Positions 51,380 to 60,122 of a stretch of 64,000 nt of DNA are shown here, in pieces. Source of the DNA: Ostreococcus lucimarinus (lineage: Eukaryota); NCBI GenBank assembly GCA_000092065.1, contig CP000588.1, one strand, 5' to 3'. The translations under genes were made by a program, and so were the position numbers. A model generated the notes under the pieces. It saw only the letters and a list, made by a program, of their open reading frames with translations. It was not told the DNA's origin and ran no database searches. Every line of letters begins with the position of its first letter. Within the stretch, counting starts at the first letter, position 1.

Positions 51380-51620
51380 TAACTTTTACTCGTCAATCCT
51401 TGAGTTAATTAGAGGGGGTCGAAGTTATGAAAAAGTTATGAAAATTGACTCTTAGTCGTTTACGCATAACTCGGGGCATAAAGTTATCAAAACGCTTTAC
51501 TCTTAGTCCAATAACGATAACTTTGCCATTAAAGTCGTAGTTATCGTCAAAGTTATCTACGTTAGTCGGCCTTAGAAAACAAAAGACATCTTTGATTAAA
51601 AGTCTTCTCTACAGTCCTTG
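51291..51620. repeat. AT-rich repeat-dense element (possible MITE-like insertion or promoter repeats)
   Basis: Repeated motifs gataactttgcc (x2), ttatcgtcaaag (x3) and aagttatgaaaa (x2). There are imperfect terminal inverted repeats (gacgataactttg at 51332 and caaagttatc within gttatcgtcaaagttatc at 51540). The local GC of about 35% is very different from the flanks. Confidence 0.4.
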
Positions 51621-53276
51621 TCCCGTTATCGTCAAAGCCATCCCTTGTAACTGCGTCAATGCTTCGTGTAGTCGCAGTTGCGCTTTGATTTTCAACTGGA
51701 TTCTACGCAATGCGTTGTCCACAGCCGAACTCGCGCCGACGTCGCCACCGTACAAGTCGACGATTCGGTTCGCAATGTTCACCATCTGCGCCGTGTGGCG
51801 CGGCTTGGAGATATTTTTCTCTATATACTCCAAAATCGGAAGCAGCGACTGGTCGTCGCGGTTGGCGAGTGCCTTCTGAAGCCCCCCTCTTCGACCGACT
51901 TCTTCTATGACTGCGGCGACAACTTCCGCCCTACCCACGTGCAACGCCGCGTCCAGGGCGTCTCCGTATCTAAATTGTTTCAACATTCGATCGTGCGCGG
52001 CCAAGTGCACACGTCGTCGACGAAGCACTCGCGTGGCGTCTGCCGCCGCTTTAGAGTTTTGACCTCGAATAAAGTACCGCCAATGACTCGCATCCAGTCG
52101 TCGAGGTTTCTTCACCGTGAAGCCCTTCTTTTTACTTCGAACGCCTTGATACCCCGAAGGGTCGTCACTGTTACGAGGTTTCGTTCGTCTGCGAACGCTC
52201 AATACTTTATTGGCTAGTCCAGTGGCAAGGCAGTTCGCGTCTGGCGAGAGCGAGCACGTCAGCACGGGTCCAGGGTACTTGATCGAGTGCGTCACGGTGA
52301 AAGTGTCGAGTTCGTGAATCTTGACGAAGCCGTCCAAGGAGCCGGTGATCATGCGAGGCGCGTTTGATTCGAGCGCGCTTTCGCTACCGATCTCATATCC
52401 AGATGCGAACGATGGCGGGCCCGCGTCCGGGTGCACGTGCACGGTGGTGATGGTCTTCTGGTGACTGCGCAACCGACGAAGCAACCGGCCGCCGCCGATG
52501 GCGTCCCACACGCACACGTCCTCGCCACCGACGGAGACGAGCAAGTTTCCGTTGGGATACCACGCGACATCTTCCACGGGCGAACCATGATCGAGCGTCA
52601 TCACCGCCTCGCGTCCTTGTCTAGCGTCCCAAATTTTCACCGTGTGGTCGTACGACCCGCTCGCCCACATCTCTTGAGAAACCGTACTCCGCTCGAGCGC
52701 TCGAACGTAATCCGTGTGCCCATCGTGCCTTCGCACGCAATTCCCAGTGGAAATATCCCATATTCGCACCGTCGCGTCGTCGCTCGCCGACCCTAAGTGC
52801 AGCTTATCCGCGCTCCATCGCACCGCGCGAACCGCCGCGGAGTGCGTCGTAAACTTTCTCAAAACCGCTCGCGACCCGCAATCAAACAACTGCACCACCC
52901 CAGCCTGTCCTCCGACCGCCAGCGCCTTCCCATCGTCTCTCAGCACACCACTGTACGCCACGTCCTTAAATCGCGCGAACGTCCTCAATTTTCTCGCTCC
53001 GCTCGGCGCGTACAGCGTCACCCTCGCCCCGCTCGTCGCCGCCAACGCGCCGCGTTCGCCCCCCGACGACCCCGCGCCTCCGTACGACACGCTCGTCACC
53101 GCGTTCACCTGTTCGCTCAGCGCGGTGGATTTATATTCTCGCCAGTACCTTCCCTCGCCCGTCTCTCGCTTCGCTCGCGCGGCGTAGCGTTTGATTGGAA
53201 GTTTTCGGTACTCGCCCAAACCGGCGGCGAAGAATCCTCCCGCGTCGCCGCGCGCGTTGTGCTCGCGCGCGTCCAT
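51609..53276 (-). CDS. UTP15: WD40-repeat protein, UTP15-like (U3 snoRNP / SSU processome)
   Basis: N-terminal YRKLPIKRY...GEGRYWREYK, then WD40 blades (VRIWDISTGNCVRRHDGHTDYVRAL, VKIWDARQG, VCVWDAIGG) and a helical C-terminal domain. Start taken at M 53276. Confidence 0.6.
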   Translation of the reverse strand: MDAREHNARGDAGGFFAAGLGEYRKLPIKRYAARAKRETGEGRYWREYKSTALSEQVNAVTSVSYGGAGSSGGERGALAATSGARVTLYAPSGARKLRTFARFKDVAYSGVLRDDGKALAVGGQAGVVQLFDCGSRAVLRKFTTHSAAVRAVRWSADKLHLGSASDDATVRIWDISTGNCVRRHDGHTDYVRALERSTVSQEMWASGSYDHTVKIWDARQGREAVMTLDHGSPVEDVAWYPNGNLLVSVGGEDVCVWDAIGGGRLLRRLRSHQKTITTVHVHPDAGPPSFASGYEIGSESALESNAPRMITGSLDGFVKIHELDTFTVTHSIKYPGPVLTCSLSPDANCLATGLANKVLSVRRRTKPRNSDDPSGYQGVRSKKKGFTVKKPRRLDASHWRYFIRGQNSKAAADATRVLRRRRVHLAAHDRMLKQFRYGDALDAALHVGRAEVVAAVIEEVGRRGGLQKALANRDDQSLLPILEYIEKNISKPRHTAQMVNIANRIVDLYGGDVGASSAVDNALRRIQLKIKAQLRLHEALTQLQGMALTITGQGL

Positions 53277-53517
53277 GTTCGCGCCTCGCGATCGATCGCG
53301 CGCCTTCGCGTCGACGCTCGCGCGCGCGCACCGTCGCGAGGTCGCGCTCGACGCTCGCGCGCGCGCGTCGCTCTCTGGGGCGGCGGCGGCGGCGCCAGTC
53401 CGCGACGCATCGCGCATGCGCATCGCGCGCGTCGCTCACCGCGCGCTTCGTCTCGCCCGCGGACGCGCGATTCGGCGCGAGCGCGACTCGCCGGTCGCGC
53501 GCGCGCGATCGCGCGCG

Positions 53518-54174
53518 ATGGCGTCGACGGGCGACGCGTCGACGGTGACGGAGACATTCTTCTTGGACGATTTCGCGGTGCGACAGTGGGACGACGAGCG
53601 ATACAGCGGCACGCGGATCGCGCACGACAAGGCGGACTTCGTGCGAAAGATTCAAGAGGCGCACGAGAGCGGGAAGTCGCCGTTGGTGGATGGGTACGCG
53701 CCGTTTTGCAAACACGTGTTTGTGGAAAATTTCGTCGGCGCCAAGGTCGGCAACGTGGAGATTACGAAATCGAACGAACACCTGTTGAAGAGCGGATACA
53801 GCGCGCGATCTGAGGCGGAATTAGCGGTTCTCACGCGATGGTTTCAAGCGTCGGACGTGGAAGCGCCGGAGGCGACGCATTTGGATGTGATTTTGTACTC
53901 GCGCGAGCAGTTGGAGCTCGAACGCGCGGCGGTGCCGAGTAAGAGCGAGCGACCGCCGTTGCCGAACGCGCCGTGGGGGATCATCAGCGTCAAGGCGCAG
54001 AGCGAGGATTACGAAACGCCCATGCAACCGATCACGATGATGCGGAACGCTTTAGGTCGCGAGCAAGGCGGTTCGGGGGTGCCGCTCGAGAAGGATAAGT
54101 ACGACGCCTCCGTGGCGTACTGGGCGAATCACGCCCCGATCGTCGCCTCCGAGGACGGCGCCGCGGGGGACTGA
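53518..54174 (+). CDS. Conserved hypothetical protein (219 aa)
   Basis: A 219-aa CDS (MASTGDASTVTETFFLDDFAVRQWDDERYSG...PFCKHVFVENFVGAKVGNVEITK), taken from the ATG at 53518 within the longer ORF beginning at 53191. No confident family. Confidence 0.4.
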   Translation: MASTGDASTVTETFFLDDFAVRQWDDERYSGTRIAHDKADFVRKIQEAHESGKSPLVDGYAPFCKHVFVENFVGAKVGNVEITKSNEHLLKSGYSARSEAELAVLTRWFQASDVEAPEATHLDVILYSREQLELERAAVPSKSERPPLPNAPWGIISVKAQSEDYETPMQPITMMRNALGREQGGSGVPLEKDKYDASVAYWANHAPIVASEDGAAGD

Positions 54175-54288
54175 ATCGAGTCATCGGGCGACGTGCGCGC
54201 GCTGTGTACATCAATCAATATCAATCGAAAAATTTAAAGACTTTACAATCGCCTACGACTTTCCGAGCGAGCCTCTCGCTCGCCGCGA

Positions 54289-54810
54289 TCACTTTAACAA
54301 CTCCAACACCGCATCGCGCTTGTCCGGGTTCGCCTTCCCCGCGAGATCCGCCACGGAGTTACCATCTAAATCAACCGTGTTCTTATCCGCACCCGCGGCT
54401 AAGATTTCTTCAATCTTTGGCGTATCGCCCTCGGCGCTCGCGAACAACAGGATGATATCCACCGGATGCAAACCGCTTTCGATGAGGGCGTTCATTCGGT
54501 CGTACGTCCCCTCCACCGCGAGGCATCCCATGTAGTTGAAGTAATGTTCGACGTCATCCTTGTCGTAATCGTCCCGTCCTTGGCTTCCGACGATGCCAGC
54601 GGCGGTGGAATCTTGACGAAAGCGATTGAAAAAGGCGGTGCACTTGGCGCCGTTGGATGGCGCGCGCAAACGCAGGGCGTCGCGGCGTTTGCCCTGCGCG
54701 CCGGCGAAAGACGTGCGCAGGATAACTTGTGCGCGCGCAGAAGCGATCATGGCGCGCGGTCGACGCGAGGTGAAGTGACGCGCCGCGGTGGATGTGTTAT
54801 CCACTTCCAC
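54289..54810 (-). CDS. LTD: Chloroplast ankyrin-repeat protein, LTD (LHCP translocation defect)/GDC1-like
   Basis: Transit peptide, the conserved DVEHYFNYMGCLAVEGTYDRMNALI block characteristic of LTD, and a C-terminal ankyrin repeat (PVDIILLFASAEGDTPKIEEILAAGADKNTVDLDGNS). Confidence 0.6.
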   Translation of the reverse strand: MEVDNTSTAARHFTSRRPRAMIASARAQVILRTSFAGAQGKRRDALRLRAPSNGAKCTAFFNRFRQDSTAAGIVGSQGRDDYDKDDVEHYFNYMGCLAVEGTYDRMNALIESGLHPVDIILLFASAEGDTPKIEEILAAGADKNTVDLDGNSVADLAGKANPDKRDAVLELLK

Positions 54811-54864
54811 GTCGCGGCGAGGGACAAACCCGAGAGCGAGGCGCCGGATTTGGATGACAGACAG

Positions 54865-56955
54865 CTAGCGCGCGGCGATGGACGCGATGAACGCCGCGAA
54901 TGCGGATTCTTCGAGCTTTGGGAGAGCGTAATACGCGGCGCCGAGCGCGTCGGCGATGTCGAGACAGAAATGCTCGCTGACGAAGGCGGAATCCGTGTCG
55001 ACGACGAGCGTCTTGAGGAAGCCGAGCCGACGCGTGGCGATGGAAACTTCTAGAACCTCGTCGCGGAGGGCTTTACGAGTTAACGCGGGCTCCATGGATC
55101 GCCAACGCGGGTCTTCGGACCATCGCAGGCTGCGCGTCGGGCGTCCGTCGCTCAAGATCACTTCGCGGACGGAGCCGACGCTAGACTTCAATTTGGATGT
55201 GCGCGCGTTCAGAGCGCAGCGAGCGGCGACAGAGAGCCCGTGGGCGAGAGGGGTACCGCCGCCGCACGGCATCACGGCGAGCCGTCGGCTCACGAGCACG
55301 GTCGATCTCGTGGGTGGCAGGAGCACGACGGCGGCGTCGTGCGAGAATTCGACGAGCGCCACGAGATCGCGCTTCGTGTACGAAACCTCCAGGAGCTTGA
55401 ACACTGCGGCTTTCGCGACGGACATACGATTGATCGCCATCGAGCCGCTGGCATCGACGACGAATATCGTGAGCGATGCGCTTCGTCGACTGAGCTTCTT
55501 TAGCCTCACGTCGTCCTTCGTGATGAACACGCGTCTCGGTGAGACTTCGCCCGGTTTCAGGCGCCGTTGCCGACGAACGATTTGGTACGGCGCCGCCGCT
55601 CGAAGCGTGGCGTCGACGGCGATTTTGCCTCTCATTTGTCCGCTCTTCGGGAAAATTGGTTTCACGTACCTGCCTCGCATTAAATCGAACACCTTTTCGC
55701 GCTTGGTCCGTCCGCTCACGGAGCCTCGTGATTTCTTCTCCGCGAAGCTTCTCAACATTGCCTTTTCAAACGCGTTGAGCAGTGAATTGACATCAAGACC
55801 ACTTTCATCGGCTCTTTGGACTTCTGGCTCGATCTCTTCCACTTGATCTTCCTCCTCTTCCTCCTCTTCCTCCTCTTGCTCTTCGTCTTCCTGATCTTGT
55901 TGTTCTTCTGCTTCGCGCTCGTTCTTCTGCGTCGCCGGCGGCGGCGGCGGCGGCGGCGTCAACGCATCGTCTGGTGGTTCACGAGTCGCACGTGGAAGTA
56001 TGCTCAAAGAAATCGCCATATTCACATCTTGATCGTTCACCTCGTACGAATGCCGAAGCGCGGCCGAGGCGCGTGCGACTTTCACGGCGAAGAGCTCCGC
56101 TCGATGACCTTGGCATGCGCAGTCCACGGCTATTTTGACCAATCGCCGCACGTTGGCTTCCGATATTTGTACCCCGGGTAAAAAGACGTGATGTGCGAGC
56201 TCGATGTGCTCTCCCAAAGCCTTTTGCTCTGTGTATGAATCACTGACGACGCGACGCCAATCATCTTGCCACGCCATCGCGGCGTCGATCGCCGCGAGTC
56301 GCGTCGTCGTCTGCGCGAGGGCGCCTTCGTCGTCGTCGGTCCCACAAATCATCGCGAATCGATCCACGACGTGCGACCGTAGCTCAGACTCGGCGGGATT
56401 GAAACTCGCGAGCGCGAGACATTCGCAAGGCATCGTAGTGCTCAAACCTTCCCTTTCGACTCTCGCGATGCCTTCGGCGAGACTCGACTGAATCATCGCC
56501 AAAATGGAATCGTCCAGCAAATTGATTTCATCGATGTAGAGCGCCCCACCGTTCGCAAGAGCGAGCAATCCAGGCTGAAACACCGCTAAACCAGATTTCG
56601 CGCTCGCATTGATGTCGAGCGTGCCCGCAACCATGTCCTCGGTGACGCCGAGCGGCACGCTGACGAAACTCGGCGCTCCAATGTCGGCACCCATCACGCG
56701 CGGTCGCGGCAACAGCGACTTCACGCTGCGACATAAGATCGATTTGCCGGTCCCACGTCGACCGCTGACGATCAATGAGCACGCAGGATCGACGGCCGCT
56801 ACGAGGAGTGCAGCTTTGACGCCGTCGTGGTTCACTATCGCCGTCAGCGGCATGGGTTGCGGGTCGAAAACTGGGGCGCTCGCGGCGCGCGCGCTCGCGC
56901 GCGCGGGCGGCGCGCGGCGAATGAATTTGATCGTGAAAGGCTTTACGGTGCGCAT
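54865..56955 (-). CDS. CHLD: Magnesium chelatase subunit D (ChlD)
   Basis: N-terminal AAA+ module (LTAIVNHDGVKAALLVAAVDP...GRRGTGKS), an acidic/proline linker (PPPPPPATQKNEREAEEQQDQEDEEQEEEEEEE) and a C-terminal VWA/MIDAS domain (IFVVDASGSM). Confidence 0.9.
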   Translation of the reverse strand: MRTVKPFTIKFIRRAPPARASARAASAPVFDPQPMPLTAIVNHDGVKAALLVAAVDPACSLIVSGRRGTGKSILCRSVKSLLPRPRVMGADIGAPSFVSVPLGVTEDMVAGTLDINASAKSGLAVFQPGLLALANGGALYIDEINLLDDSILAMIQSSLAEGIARVEREGLSTTMPCECLALASFNPAESELRSHVVDRFAMICGTDDDEGALAQTTTRLAAIDAAMAWQDDWRRVVSDSYTEQKALGEHIELAHHVFLPGVQISEANVRRLVKIAVDCACQGHRAELFAVKVARASAALRHSYEVNDQDVNMAISLSILPRATREPPDDALTPPPPPPPATQKNEREAEEQQDQEDEEQEEEEEEEEEDQVEEIEPEVQRADESGLDVNSLLNAFEKAMLRSFAEKKSRGSVSGRTKREKVFDLMRGRYVKPIFPKSGQMRGKIAVDATLRAAAPYQIVRRQRRLKPGEVSPRRVFITKDDVRLKKLSRRSASLTIFVVDASGSMAINRMSVAKAAVFKLLEVSYTKRDLVALVEFSHDAAVVLLPPTRSTVLVSRRLAVMPCGGGTPLAHGLSVAARCALNARTSKLKSSVGSVREVILSDGRPTRSLRWSEDPRWRSMEPALTRKALRDEVLEVSIATRRLGFLKTLVVDTDSAFVSEHFCLDIADALGAAYYALPKLEESAFAAFIASIAAR

Positions 56956-57036
56956 CGGTGCGCTTGTCGCGTGCAGATGTGTGCGTTTGTTTCGTCGCCG
57001 CCTCGTCGGCCTCGTCTAATGCTACATAAATCTTCG

Positions 57037-58014
57037 CTAACTAATCGCCTTCGGCACGGGCATCGATGCGCGCTTAATAATCTTGATCTCTGGCGTCTTC
57101 TTCGATTCGTTCGCCCGCGCGCTCGGGTTCGGCGCGGCCGTTTGCTTCGGCTTCGGCGTTTTGGTCTTCTTCTTCTTCTTCGATTCCGTCTTGGGCGCCG
57201 CGGGAGCCGCCGTCTTCGCGCCGGTCTTAGACTGCGACGCCTTCCCGGACTTTTTCGAAGATTTCTTCGACGACTTTTTCCCCGCACCCTTTTCGCGCTC
57301 CGCCGCCGCGCGTTGTCGCCACAAAAACTCGAGGAGCGCCGTCGATTTGCGAGGCGCCGATTCCGCGTTCTTCGGCGTCGCCGCCCCCGTCGTCGCCCCG
57401 TTCGCCTTCTTTTTCGCCTCCAGAGCGCCTAAAAACTTCAAATAATCCTCATCTTCCTCGATCGTTCCCTCCAACGCGTTCTCCGCCGGCGCGGTCTCTC
57501 CCGCCGTCGCGTATCGCTCGCCGAACTCTCGCGGCGTCCACTGACTCGGCGCGTACTCCACGCGCGCGCGCGTCTCCTCTCCCCCCCCGCCCTCGATCGC
57601 CCGTCCCTCCTCGTCCCGCGCGCGCACGCGAAACGTCGCCCCATCGTACCTCTCTCGCAGCGCCTTCACCGTCTCCCCGCGCCGCACCGTCGCGTAAAAC
57701 CTCGACGGCGTCGTCGCGCGTCTCGTCGTCGTCGTCGTCGCCCCCCCCGTCCCCCCTCGCGCCTTCCCCCTCGCGTACTCCCACCACTCGAACGTCTCAT
57801 CGAGCGCGCCGAACCCATCCCGCCGCAGCGCTTCCTCGAGCGCCTCTCGCGCGAGCGTCGCCGGCAGGTTTCGTATCACGATTTTCCTTCGTTCGCGCGT
57901 CTCGCGCGCGTCGTCCCGCGGGATCGTCGTCCCGCCGCGTCGTCCGCGTCCGCGTCCCGGCCGTCCGCGCCCGCGTCCGCGTCCCGGGCGTCGCGCGCGC
58001 GCCGGCGCGTCCAT
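57037..58014 (-). CDS. UPF3: UPF3/Smg4 nonsense-mediated decay factor-like protein
   Basis: RKIVIRNLPATLAREALEEAL...FYATVRRGETVKALRERYDGATF...RVEYAPSQ matches the Smg4_UPF3 RRM-like domain. A K/S-rich basic C-terminal tail follows. Confidence 0.65.
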   Translation of the reverse strand: MDAPARARRPGRGRGRGRPGRGRGRRGGTTIPRDDARETRERRKIVIRNLPATLAREALEEALRRDGFGALDETFEWWEYARGKARGGTGGATTTTTRRATTPSRFYATVRRGETVKALRERYDGATFRVRARDEEGRAIEGGGGEETRARVEYAPSQWTPREFGERYATAGETAPAENALEGTIEEDEDYLKFLGALEAKKKANGATTGAATPKNAESAPRKSTALLEFLWRQRAAAEREKGAGKKSSKKSSKKSGKASQSKTGAKTAAPAAPKTESKKKKKTKTPKPKQTAAPNPSARANESKKTPEIKIIKRASMPVPKAIS

Positions 58015-58338
58015 CGCGCCGTCGTCCCGCGTCGCGAGGCGTCGCGAGGCGTCCGCGCGCCGTCGACGGACCCGTAAGTTTAGTTTTTCAACACGGACCG
58101 ACGCGACGCGGGCCGATTGGTCCGTGTTTGAGCGTCTCTCCGCGACGACGCGCGACCGCTAGGTCTTCGCGACGGCGCGCGACGACGCCCGATCGCGACG
58201 CGCGTCGACCGAGCGCCGCGCGAGGCGACGCGACCGAACGACGCGCGGCGAACGCGACGTCGAGCACGCGCGAACGCGAGACGCGCGAACGCGAACGCGG
58301 CGAACGCGACCGACGGTGCGCGATCGACGATCGACCGC

Positions 58339-60060
58339 ATGGCGGCTCTTCCGGCGTTCGAACTGCCGACGGTGGCGCGAGACGACGATGGGTTCGGGCC
58401 GCCGCGGAAGGGATTGGTGACGAGCGAGATCACGGAGATGATCTACGCGCCGTATAACAAGACGGATAAGTTTGGGAGGTGCGCGGATTGGATGGGGGAC
58501 GAGCGGGACGGGCACGGGCGCGAGCGGGACGGCGAGGGACGGGAGAGACGAGGGGATAAACAGAGAGACGAACGACGGGAGAGGAAGGATCGGGAGCGAG
58601 AGGGGAAGGGGAAAGACGCGAGCGCGTCCGCGGGTGGGATTGGAGGCGTGGAGACGGTGTTTAATTTCGTCGCCGACGCGGGGGAGGAGGAGAGTTTCAG
58701 TTTGGTGGATAACACGAACGCGCGGTCGAGCGGTGGCGGCGGTGGACGCGGTGGACGCGGTGGCGGACGTTGGAACCAGTTCGGTGGGCGCGGTCGCGGT
58801 CGCGGGAACATGGACGAGGCGGCGCGAGATCTCGGGGTCGGGGCGGAGCGCGAACGCAACCGCCAGGCGCGCATTCAGTCGAGAAAGGCGCAGCAGTGGA
58901 ACACGTGGGCGTACAACAGGCAGCAGCAGCAGGTGCATTACAGCGCGTCCGTGGATATTCGTCCGGATTGGGAAGTCGTGGAACAAATCGCGTTCCCGGA
59001 AATCATCAAGCAGTCCTTGGAGCTCGCCGAGGCGGCGCCAGAGGACTTGGCGACGTACGGCTCTGTGCGTTGGTTCGATAAGTCGTACGATCGCGTGACG
59101 CCCAAGTCCGAAGTACTCCTGCGAAGACGCACGGAAGAACCGCCGCGTAACGTCACGGCGAGCGAAGATCCGATCATTCAGAAGTACGCCGCCGAGGGTA
59201 CGGGCAACGTGTTCACCACCGACGGCGTCTTGGCCGCCGTCATGTGCGCCGCGCGCTCCAACTACTCTTGGGACATCGTCATCAAGAAGAAGGACGGCAA
59301 GATCTTCCTCGACAAGCGCCCCGATGGTAACTTTGATCAGCTCACCGTGTCCGAAACCGCGCAAGAGCCGATTCCGGACGATCCGGAAGACATCAATGGC
59401 GTTCAACAGCTCTCCGCCGAGGGTACCAAGGCGAACCGAGCCTTTGTCGAACAATCGCTCACCGTCGAAAAGGATGCGTACAAGTTCGGTGAACCCGTGC
59501 CTTTCTTCGGCGAAGACGATAACGACTCAATCGCGTATAAGTACCGCAAATGGAACGTCGACGACACCACCAAGCTCGTGTGCCGATGCGAATTGAACGC
59601 CGTGAGCGAATCCAAGGGCATGGACAAGGGCAAAGCGCTGACCACGCTCGTGAAGGCTTTGAACGAATTCGATTCCAAGGTCACAGGGATTGACTGGAGA
59701 CTCAAGATCGAGACGCAGCGCGGTGCGGTGGTTGCCAACGAGCTCAAGAACAACGCGAATAAGCTCGCCAAGTGGACCGCGATGGCCGTGCTCGCCGGCG
59801 CCGAACAAATGAAGCTCGGTTTCGTGTCGCGCGTGCACCCGCGCGATCCGAACGCGCACGCGATCCTGAACACGCAAACGTACAATACGAAGGACTTTGC
59901 ACAGCAAATCAACATCAAGGAAGCGAACATGTGGGGTTCGCTCAAGCTGTTCCTCGATACGTGCCGCAAGTTTGAAGACGGCTCGTACATTTGCGTCAAG
60001 GATCCGTTGAAGAACATCCTTAGATTTTACAAGTACGAGGAGAGTGCGAGCATGTTCTAA
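58339..60060 (+). CDS. EIF3D: Eukaryotic translation initiation factor 3 subunit D (eIF3d)
   Basis: Aligns along its whole length with eIF3d: FELPTV...GFGPPRK...[114 protein letters not shown]. Confidence 0.92.
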   Translation: [573 protein letters not shown]

Positions 60061-60122
60061 ACGTGCTAGCTTTCTAATTACGTCTTAGTAGTCAACGACC
60101 GTTGTGATTGAATGAATCTTCT

